This document shows, in pieces, positions 34,801-46,283 of a stretch of DNA of 64,000 nucleotides. Position 1 is the stretch's first letter; each line of letters starts with the position of its first letter. Both the position numbers and the translations under genes were made by a program. The stretch is from Macrostomum lignano (taxonomy: Eukaryota), in NCBI GenBank assembly GCA_002269645.1, contig NIVC01002372.1, positions 115,722-179,721 on the forward strand, written 5' to 3'. Under the pieces are notes generated by a model. That model had not been told where the DNA came from and did not search any database. It saw nothing but the letters and a program-made list of their open reading frames with translations.

Positions 34801-37800
34801 TACTGACTGACTGTGAAATCGGTTGCGCCATCAATTTGTTTTATTATCTGTGCCTTTCAATAGGCTGCCCTGTGTAATAGCCGGCCGGTGTAATTAATGA
34901 ATAAACTTGCGAGCCTCTTTGGCAGGCAGTGAACGTACACTCGATATTTCAATGCTTTAAAACGGGAACTTTCAAAGGCTAACTGCTCTTCGAGTTCTAA
35001 ACTTTAAGAGAAGAGACTTATACTGCTGAAAAGATCTTGCAACGCTGAGTTCAAGGATATAAATTGTTTGCTTTAAATATAAAGACTAAAAGCACAGCAT
35101 AAAAAAACTATTTCCATACTTTTAGCTTTCTGCAAAGATTGTACTCATTTTTAGTTCAATGCTCCCAACAGTTGGGGGTTCAATTTCTAACTGCCACTGC
35201 GTATTGAAAAGGGGTCGGTCTCTGTGTACTGGAGGGTTGATTTAAATTGCGCAATCTTTTTGTTAACTTTAACTGAGACTGATACTGACTGACTGAGAAA
35301 TCGGTTGCGCAATCAATTGATTCAATTGTTTCAATTTTTTTATTTGGACACGCAGCTGTGTGTAGCTCTAACCCTAACCCTAACCCTAACAATAACCCTA
35401 TCCAGTGAATCATGATATTTTATTCTTTTTGACGGAGAAAATTTCGATTGAGTCCAGTTTTAAAGAGAGAATTTCGATGGTTTTCAGTTTCACGGACAGG
35501 ATTTCTGTTTCGCGGAGAGGATTTCGATGGTTTTCAGTTTCACGGAGAGGATTTCGATGGTTTTCAGTTGCACAGACTGCTTCGCGGAGAGGATCTTGAT
35601 GGATTTGGCATCTTCAATCAGTTAGAGAAGAGAGTAAAGAGAAGAATGAAAAGAGAAGAGAGATAAGATGATAGACAACAGCGTAGAAATGAGTGGAGAG
35701 ATTAATCATGACAGATGGGAGAGAAAAGGGGAGTAAGGCGGGGACGAAGGAGAGAGAAGAGAAGAGGAGAGAGGAGATGAGAGGGGAGATATGAGATAGC
35801 AAACGGAGACAAGAGAGATGAGAGGAGAGAGAGGAGAGAGGAGAGAGATGAAAGATCAGAGATGAGAGAGTGTAGAGAGGAAAGTAGTGAGGAGAGGAGA
35901 GATGAGAGATGCGATAAAAAGAGATGAGTGAGAACATAAGAGAGAAGAGATTAGAGATTAGAGAAGAGAGGGGAGAAGATGAAAGGAGCAAGGAGAGGAG
36001 AAAAGAGACAATGGAGAGGATAGAAAAGAGAGAAGAGAAGAGACAGGGGATAGTGGAAAGGAGGAAAGAAAGATGGGAGAAAGGAAATTAGAGTGTGAGA
36101 GCGTATATGAGATATGAGAAATGAGAGCAGAGAGGAGAGAAAAGAGAATAGTGAGAGAGGGTTAAGAAAGACGATAGATAAGTAAGGAGAGATGACATAT
36201 GAGAGAGGATAGATTCGAGATTAGAGAAGAGATGAGGGGAGATGAGAGGAGAGAAGAGAGAATGGAGATGAGAGAAAAGAGAGGAGAGGAGACAGGTGAT
36301 GCAGTAGAAAGTAGGGAAGAAAGATGGTAGATAAGAAAGGAGAGGACGAGAGCGTATAAGAGATACGAGAAATGAGAGCAGAGAGAAGAGAGAAAAGGGA
36401 AGAGAGAAAGTAGAGCGGAGACAATAGATAAGTGAGTAGAGATGAAATATGAGAGAGGAGAGAAAAGGGGAGAGATAAGAGAGAAGATAGGAGAGTAGAG
36501 AGGAGAGGGTACAGACGAAAGACGAGGGAGAAGAGATAAATAAGGGAGTAGAGATGAGAAAAGAGAGAGAAGAGATAAGCGAGAAGAGTAGGAATAGAGG
36601 AGAGAGAGAAGCGAGAAGAGTAGGAATAGAGGAGAGAGAGAAGCGAGAGAAGGGAGAGAGGAGGGAGAAGAGAGATGAAAGATCAGAGATGAGAGAGATG
36701 AAAGTGTAGAGAGGAGTAATTAGTGAGGAGAAAGAAGAGAGTAAAAATAAAAATCAGAGCGCAGGGCGCAAGAGATGAGAGATGGGAGTTGATAGATTGT
36801 AGAGGATTTGGAGATGATTTGAAAGATGGGATTCAATTCATGGAATTTCAGCTGATAGGAGTTCTCCCCCTTCAGAATTCCGGTGATGGGAGTTTTCTTC
36901 CCCTTCTCCTCCGAAGGAGGAGTTCCACTCGTCTATATATACTAAAGTTGACGCGTTGTTTGTCTGTCTGTATGTCTGTCTGTATGTCTGTCTGTATGTC
37001 TGTCTGTCATTTCGACAACTCCTCCTTGAATAGTGCCAACTCAGCGTTGAAACTTATATGGGAAGATTGGAAATTATCCGAGGTCGGCTATAGGCTATTT
37101 TAATTCTGAAATTTTAATTTCTAAGATCCTCAAAAAAGCAGAAAACGGCGGTCTTGACCTTTGATAATCTTAATTGTCCCCTCTTTCTGCTTGGAGCTGA
37201 AAATCTGCATGAATTTTAAGTGATTGCGCCATAAAATTTTGCTAACTTGGCAGTGTTTTTTCTCTCCAGTGGGGGGATAGGAGCGTTCTCAGTGGCGGCG
37301 TGTGTACACTTGGACCCTAGCTAACTGGCGGACAGTGAAATTCAATGCATCAATTTGCGAGCCTCTCTAGCAGGCAGTGAACGTACACTCGATATTTCAA
37401 TGCTTTAAATCAGAAAGTTTCAAATGCTAACTGTTGCTCGATTTTTGAACTTTGAGAGGAGAGACTTATATTGCTGGAAAGATCTTGCAACGCTGAGTTC
37501 AGGGATATAAGTTGTTTGCTTTAACTGTAAAAATTAAAAGCACAGCATTCAAAAAACGATTTTATTACTTTTACTTTTAACTTGCTGCAAAGATTGTACT
37601 TATTTTTGCGATAGGTCAGAGATAAATTTGGGGGGTTCAATTGCTAATTGCCACTGCGTAGTGGAAGGCGGTCGGGCGCTGTGTATTGGAGGGTTGATTT
37701 AGATTGCGCAATGTTTTTCTTAACTTTAACTGAGACTGATACTGACTGACTGTGAAATCGGTTGCACCATCAATTTGTTTTATTATCTGTGCCTTTCAAT

Positions 37801-40800
37801 AGGCTGCCCTGTGTAATAGCCAGCCTGTGTAATGAATGAATAAATTTGCGAGCCTCTTTGGAAGGCAGTGAACGTACACGCGATATTTCAATGCCTTAAA
37901 ACGGGAACTTTCAAACGCTAACTGCTCTTCGAGTTCTAAACTTTAAGAGAAGATACTTATACTGCTGAAAAGATCTTGCAACGCTGAGTTCGAGGATATA
38001 AATTGTTTGCTATAAATGTAAAGACTAAAAGAGCAGCATCAAAAAAACTATTTCCATACTTTTAGCTTTATGCAAAGATTGTACTCATTTTTTGGTTCAA
38101 TGCCCCCAACAGTTCGGCGTTCAATTTCTAACTGCTACTGCGTATTGAAAAGAGGTCGGTCTCTGTGTACTGGAGGGTTGATTTAGATTGCGCAATCTTT
38201 TTGTTAACTTTAACTGAGACTGATACTGACTGACTGAGAAATCGGTTGCGCAATCAATTGATTCAATTGGTTCAATTTTTATTTGAACACGCAGCTGTGT
38301 TGCTTTAACCCTAACCCTAACCCTAACAATAACCCTAACCAATGAATCCTGATATTTATTTTTTTTGACGGAGAAAATTTCGATTGAGTCCAGTTTAAAA
38401 GAGAGAATTTCGATGGTTTTCAGTTGCACGGACAGGATTTCTGCTTCGCGGAGAGGATCTTGATGGATTTGGCATCTTCAATCAGTCAGAGAAAAGAGTA
38501 AAGAGAAGAATGAAAGCAGGAGAGAGATGAGATGATAGAAAACAGAGTAGAAATAAGTGGAGATATTAGACATGACAGATTGGAGAGAAGAGGGGATTTA
38601 GGCGGGAACGAAGAGGGAGAGAGTAGAAAAGAGGAGAGAGGAGAGAAAATAGATTAGGGATAAGAGCGTACAGAGAAAATAGAAGAGAGGGGAGAGTAGA
38701 GGAGAAAGAAAGAGTGAGATGAGGGGATGAGGGATGAGAGAGGAGGGGAGACAGGAGAGACAAGAAAGGAGAAAAGAGGGGAGAAAGGAGAAAGGAGAGA
38801 GTAGAGACGAAGGACCAGTTAGAAGATATAAATACGGTAGTAGAGATGAGAGGAGAGATAGGAGAGAGAAGCGAGAGAAGAAGCGAGAGGAGAAGAGAAA
38901 GAGGAGAGAGGAGAGAGATGAAATAGATAAGAGAGTTAAGAGAGGAAAAAGTGAGGAGAGGAGAGATGAGAGATGCGATAAAAAGAGATGAGTGAGAACA
39001 TAAGAGAGAAGAGAGAAGAGATTAGAGAAGAGAGGGGAGAAGATAAAAGGAGCAAGGGGAGGAGAAAAGAGAGAATGGAGAGGATAGAAAAGAGAGAAGA
39101 GAAGAGACAGGGAAAAGTGGAAAGGAGGAAAGAAAGATTGGAGACAAGTAAGTGGAGTGTGAGAGCGTATATGAGATATGAGAAATGAGAGCAGAGAGGA
39201 AAGAAAAGAGAAGAGAGAGAGGGTTAAGAGAGACGATAGATAAGTGAATAGGGATGACATATAAAAGAGGAGAGAAGAGGGAGAGATAAGAGAGAAGAGA
39301 GAAGACAGGAGACAGAAGTGAAGAGGAGAGATATGAGAGAAGAGAGGAGACAAGAGACAGGAGAGGGTACAGACGAAAGACGAGGGATAAAACATAAATA
39401 AGGGAGTACGGGTAGAGATGAGATGAGACAGAGGAGAGAGAAGAGAGTCACGATAATAGCGAATAGAAGAGAGAGGAGATATGAGAGACGTGAGAGTCTT
39501 TGAGCTATGGTCTTTCAAAGATTTTGTAAAGAATTTGGAGACGATTTGGAAGATGGGATTCAAGTGGAGTTTCAGCTGATGGATTTCAGGGAATGGAATT
39601 CCGGTGATGGGAGTTCTTCCCCTTTCTCCTCCGAAGGAGGAGTTCAACTCTATATACTAAAGTTGACGTGTTGTTTGTCTGTCTGTCTGTCTGTGTGTCT
39701 GTCATTTCGACAACTCCTCCTTGAATAGTGCCAACTCAGCGTTGAAACTTATATGGGAAGATTGGAAATTATCCGAGGTCGGCTATAGGCTATTTTAATT
39801 CTGAAATTTTAATTTCTAAGATCCTCAAAAAAGCAGAAAACGGCGGTCTTGACCTTTGATAATCTTAATTGTCCCCTCTTTCTGCTTGGAGCTGAAAATT
39901 TGCATGAATTTCAAGTGATTGCGCCACAACTTTTCCCTATCTATGCAGTGTATTTTCTTTCCAGTGGGGGGTGGGAGCGTTCTCAGTGGCTGCGTGTGTA
40001 CACTTGGACCCTGGCTCACTGGCTGACTGTATAGATAATTGCGCAATGATATGGCTACTGATAAGTTTTCCTGCCTTTCAATGGGCAGTCCTGTGTATTT
40101 GTTGGACATTGAAATTCAATGCATCAACTTGCAAGCAGGCAGTGAACGTACACTCGATACTTCAATGCTATAAATCAGACAGTTTCAAACGCTAACTGTT
40201 CCTCGAGTTTTAAACTTTGAAAGAAGAGACTTATATTGCTGGAAAGATCTTGCAACGCTGAGTTCGGGGATATAAATTGTTTGCTTTAAATATAAAGACT
40301 AAAAGCACAGCATACAAAAACTATTTCCATACTTTTAGCTTTCTGCAAAGATTGTACTCATTTTTAGTTCAATGCCCCCAACACCCGGGTTCAATTTCTA
40401 ACTGCCACTGCGTATTGAAAAGGGGCCGGTCTCTGTGTACTGGAGGGTTGATTTAAATTGCGCAATCTTTTTGTTCACTTTACCTGAGACTGATACTGAC
40501 TGACTTTGAAATCGGTTGCGCTATCAATTGATTCAATTGGCTCAATTTTTTATTTAAACACGCAGCTGTGTGTAGCTCTAACCCTAACCCTAACCCTAAC
40601 AATAACCCTAACCAATGAATCCTAATATTTTATTCTTTTTGACGGAGAAAATTTCGATTGAGTCCAGTTTTAAAGAGATAATTTCGATGGTTTTCAGTTT
40701 CACGGAGAGGATTTCTGTTTCGCGGAGAGGATTTCAATGGTTTTCAGTTTCACGGAGAGGATTTCTGCTTCGCGGAGAGGATCTTGATAGATTTGGCATC

Positions 40801-43800
40801 TTCAATCAGTCATAAAAGAGAGTAAAGAGAAGATCGAAAAGAGAAGAGACATGAGATGGTATAAAACAGAGTAGAAATGAGTGGATAGATTAGACATGAC
40901 CGATGGAAGAGAAGAGGGGAGTAAGGCGGAAACGAAGAGGGAGAGAGAAGAGAAGAGGAGAGAGGAGATGAGAGGGGAGATATGAGATAGCAGAGGGAGA
41001 CAAGAGAGATAATAGGAAAGAGAATAGATGACGGATAAGAGCGTACAGAGGAAATAGAAGAGAGGGGAGAGTAGAGGAGAAAGAAAGAGTGAGATGAGGG
41101 AAGAGATATGAGAGAGGAGATATGAGAGACGTGAGAGTCTTTGAGCTATGGTCTTTGAAAGGTTTTGTAAAGAATTTGGAGAGATGATAGGAGAGAGAAT
41201 AGAGATGAGGGATAAGAGCGTACAGGGGAAATAGATGAGAGGGGAGAGTAGAGAAGAAAGAAAGAGTGAGATGAAGGATGAGGATGAGGGAGGAGAGGGG
41301 AGAGAGAAGAGAGGAGAAAAGAGGGGAGAAATGAGACAGGAGAGAGTAGAGACGAAAGACCAGGGAGAAGATATAAATAAGGGAGTAGGGGTAGAGATGA
41401 GAGGAGAGAGAGGAGAGAGAAGAGAGTCACGATAATAGCGAAGAGAGGAGAGAGGAGATATGAGAGACGTGAGAGTCTTTGAGCTATGGTCTTTCAAAAT
41501 TTTGTAAAGAATTTGGAGACGATTTGGAAGATGGGATTCAAGTCATGGAGTTTCAGCTGATGGATTTCAGGGAATGGAGTTCCGGTGATGGGAGTTCTTC
41601 CCCTTTCTCCTCCGAAGGAGGAGTTCCACTCGTATATACTAAAGTTGACGCGTTGTTTGTCTGTCTGTATGTCTGTCTGTATGTCTGTCTGTCATTTCGA
41701 CAACTCCTCCTTGAATAGTGCCAACTCAGCGTTGAAACTTATATGGGAAGATTGGAAATTATCCGAGGTCGGCTATAGGCTATTTTAATTCTGAAATTTT
41801 AATTTCTAAGATCCTCAAAAAAGCAGAAAACGGCGGTCTTGACCTTTGATAATCTTAATTGTCCCCTCTTTCTGCTTGGAGCTGAAAAAATGCACGAATT
41901 TTTAGTGATTGCGCCACAACTTTTCCCTATCTCTGTAGTGTATTTTCTTTCCAGTGGGGGTTGGGAGCGTTCTCAGTGGCTGCGTGTGTACACTTGGACC
42001 CTGGCTCACTGGCTGACTGTATAGATAATTGCGCAATGATATGGCTACTGATAAGTTTTCCTGCCTTTCAATGGGCAGCCCTGTGTATTTGTTGGACATT
42101 GAAATTCAATGCATCAACTTGCAAGCAGGCAGTCAACGTACACTCGATACTTCAATGCAATAAATCAGACAGTTTTAAACGCTAACTGTTCCTCGAGTTT
42201 TAAACTTTGATAGGAGAAACTGATATTGCTGGAAAGATCTTGCAACGCTGAGTTCGGGGATATAAGTTGTTTGCTTTAAATATGAAAAGAAAAAGCACAG
42301 CATTTGAAAAACTATTTCCATACTTTTAACTTGCTGCAAAGATTGTACTCAGTTTTGCGAGACGTAATAGATAAAGCTGGGGGGAGGGTTCAACTTCTCA
42401 CTGCTGCTGTGTATTGGAGGGTTGATTTAGATTGCGCAATGCTTTTGTTAACTTTAACTGAGACTGATACTGACTGACTGTGAAATCGGTTGCGCAATGA
42501 ATTGATTCAATTAGTTCAATCAGTTGTCTTTTAACACGATGCTGTGCGTAGTTCTAACCCTAACCCTAACCCTAACCAATGAATCCGGAGAGTTAAGTTG
42601 TTTGACGGAAAAAATTCGATTAAGTCCAGTTTAGCGGAGACGATTTCAATGTTTTAATTTTGACGGAGAGGATTTCTGTTTCGTGGAGAGGATTTCGATG
42701 GTGTTCAGTTTCACGGAGAGGATTTCGATGGTTTTCAGTTGTACGGACAGGATTTTTCTGCTTCGCGGAGAGGATCTTGATGGATTTGGCATCTTCAATC
42801 AGTCAGAGAAGAGAGTAAAGAGAAGAATGAAAAGAGAAGAGAGATGAGATGATAGAAAACAGAGTAGAAATGAGACGAGAGATTAGACATGACAGATGGG
42901 AGAGAAGAGGGGAGTAAGGCGGGAACGAAGGAGAGAGAAAAGAAGAGGAGAGAGGAGACGAGAGGGGAGATATGAGATAGCAGAGGGTGACAAGAGAGAT
43001 GATAGGAAAGAGAATAGAGATGAGGGATAAGAGCGTACAGAGGTAATAGAAAAGAGGGGAGAGTAGAGGAGAAAGAAGGAGTGAGATGAGGGATGAGAGA
43101 TGAGAGAGGAGGGGAGAGAGAAAAGAGGAGAAAAGAGGGGAGAAATGAGACAGGAGAGAGTAGAGACGAAAGACCAGGTAGAAGATATAAAAAAGGTAGT
43201 ATAGATGAGAGGAGAGAGAGGAGATAGAGAAGCGAGAGGAGAAGAGAGAGAAGAGAGAGGAAAGAGATGAAAGATCAGAGATAAGAGAGTTAGGAGAAGA
43301 AAAGTAGTGAGGAGAGGAGAGATGAGAGATGCGATGAGAAAAGAGATGAGTGAGAACATAAGAGAGAAGAGATTAGAGATTAGAGAAGAGAGGGGAGAAG
43401 ATGAAAGGAGAAAGGAGAGGAGAGAAGAGAGAATGGAGAGGATAGAAAAGAGAGAAGAGAAGAGACAGGGGATAGTGGTAAGGAGGAAAGAAAGATGGGA
43501 GACAAGAAAGTAGAGTGTGAGAGCGTATATGAGATATGAGAAATGAGAAGCAGATAGGAGAGAAAAGAGAAGAGAGAGAGGGTTAAGAGAGACGATAGAT
43601 AAGTAAGGAGAGATGACATATGAGAGAGGAGAGAAGAGGGAGAGATAAGAGAGAAGAGAGGAGACAGGAGACAGAAGTGAAGAGGAGAGATATGAGAGAA
43701 GAGAGGAGACAAGAGACAGGAGAGGGTACAAACGAAAGACGAGGGAGAAGAGATAAATAAGGGAGTAGGGGTAGAGATGAGATGAGAGAGAGGAGAGAGA

Positions 43801-46283
43801 AGAGAGTCACGATAATAGCGAAGAGAGGAGAGAGGAGATACGAGAGACGTAAGAGTCTTTGAGCTATGGTCTTTGAAAGGTTTGTAAAGAATTTGGAGAC
43901 GATTTGGAAGATAGGGTTCAAGACATGGAATTTCAGTTGATGGATATTTCAGGGAATGGAATTCCGGTGATGGGAGTTCTTCCCCTTTCTCCTCCGAAGG
44001 AGGAGTTCCACTTCGTACATATACTAAAGTTCACGTGTTGTTTGTCTGTCTGTCATTTCGACAACTCCTCCTTGAATAGTGCCAACTCAGCGTTGAAACT
44101 TATATGGGAAGATTGGAAATTATCCGAGGTCGGCTATAGGCTATTTTAATTCTGAAATTTTAATTTCTAAGATCCTCAAAAAGCAGAAAACTTGAATCTT
44201 GACCTTTGATAATCTTAATTGTCCCCTCTTTCTGCTTGGAGCTGAAAAATGCATGAATTTTTTGTGATTGCGCCACAACTTTTCCCTATCTCTGTAGTGT
44301 ATTTTCTTTCCAGTGGGGGGTGGAGCGTTCTCAGTGGCTGCGTGTGTACACTTGGACCCTGGCTCACTGGCTGACTGTATAGATAATTGCGCAATGATAT
44401 AGCTACTGATAAGTTTTCCTGCCTTTCAATGGGCAGCCCTGTGTATTTGTTGGACATTGAAATTCAATGCATCAACTTGCAAGCAGGCAGTGAATGTACA
44501 CTCGATACTTCAATGCTATAAATCAGACAGCTTTAAACGCTAACTATTCCTCGAGTTTTAAACTTTGATAGGAGAAACTTATATTGTTGGAAAGATCTTG
44601 CAACGCTGAGTTCGGGGATGTAAGTTGTTTGCTTTAAATATGAAAAGAAAAAGCACAGCATTTAAAAAACTATTTCCATACTTTTAACTTTTTGCAAAAA
44701 TTGTACTCAGTTTTGCGAGACGTAATAGATAAAGTTAGGGGAGGGTTCAACTTCTCACTGCTGCTGTGTATTAGAGGGTTGATTTAGATTGCGCAATGTT
44801 TTTGTTAACTTTAACTGAGACTGATACTGACTGACTGTGAAATCGGTTGCGCAATGAATTGATTCAATTAGTTCAATATTTTTATCAGTGCCTTTTAACA
44901 CGAAGCTGTGTGTAGTTCTAACCCTAACCCTAACCCTAACCCTAGCCAATGAATCCGGAGAGTTGAGTTGTTTGACGGAAAAAAATTCGATTAAGTCCAG
45001 TTTAGCGGAGACGATTTCAATGTTTTAATTTTGACGGAGAGGATTTCTGTTTCGTGGAGATAATTTATGATTAATTTCTGTTTAATGGAGACGATTTTAA
45101 TGGATTTAAGTTTGAAGGAGAGGATTTCGAAGGAGTCCAGTTTCACGGAGAGGATTTCGATGGTTTTCATTTGCACCGACAGGATTTCTGCTTCGCGCAG
45201 AGGATTTTGATGGATTTTGCATCTTCAGTCAGTCAGAGAAGAGAGTAAAGAGAAGAGCGAAAAGAGAAGAGAAATGAGATGATAGAAAAGAGAGTAGAAA
45301 TTAGAGAGGAGAGATGACAGATAGGAGAGAAGAGGGGAGTGATGCGGGAATGAAGAGGGGGACAGAATAGAAGAGGAGAGAGGAGATGAGATGGGAGATA
45401 TGAGATAGCAGAGAGGAGACAAGATGGATGAGAAGAGAGAGAAGAGAGACGGGATAGGAGCGTACAGGGGAAATAGAAGAGAAGAGAGAGTAAAGGAGAA
45501 AGAAAGAATGAGATGAAGGATGAGAGATAAGAGAGGAGGGGAGAGAGAAGAGAGGAGAAAAGAGGGGAGAAAGGAGACAGGAGAGGGTACAGACGACAGA
45601 CCAGGGAGAAGATATAAATAAGGTAGTAGAAATGAGAGGAGAAAGAAGCGAAAGGAGTAGAGAGAGAGGAGAGAGATGAAAGATCAGAGATGAGAGAGTT
45701 AAGAGAGGAAAGTAGTGAGGAGAGGAGAGGAGAGATTAGAGATGCGATGAGAAGAGATGAGTGAGAACATAAGAGAGAAGAGATTAGAGATTAGAGAAGA
45801 AAGGGGAGAAGATGAAAGGAGCAACGAAGGGAGAATATAGAGATAAGATAAGTTGATAGATAAGTGAGTAGAGATGACATATGAGAGAGGAGGGAAGAGG
45901 GAGAGATAAGAGAGAAGAGAGGAGACAGGAGACAGAAGTGAAGAGGAGAGATGAGAGAAGAGAGGAGACAAGAGACAGGAGAAGGTACAGACGAAAGACG
46001 AGGGACAAGAAATAAATAAGGGAGTAGGGATAGAGATGAGATGAGAGAGAGGAGAGAGAAGAGAGAGAAGAGAGTCACGATAATAGCGAAGAGAGGAGAG
46101 AGGAGATATGAGAGACGTGAGAGTCTTTGAGCCATGGTCTTTGAAAAGTTTTGTAAAGAATTTGGAGACGATTTGGAAGATAGGGTTCAAGACATGGAAT
46201 TTCAGTTGATGGATATTACAGGGAATGGAATTCCGGTGATGGGAGTTCTTCCCCTTTCTCCTCCGAAGGAGGAGTTCCACTCG
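24855..46283 (+). mobile_element. Helitron-like subfamily B, nine ~2.0-3.0 kb units with GA-rich tract
   Basis: 5' (tc)tatatactaaagttgacg..(gtct)n..catttcgacaactcctcc and 3' ctcctccgaaggaggagttccactc(g). Shared central modules, (TAACCC)n, 30-bp subrepeats and a polypurine tract. Confidence 0.85.
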
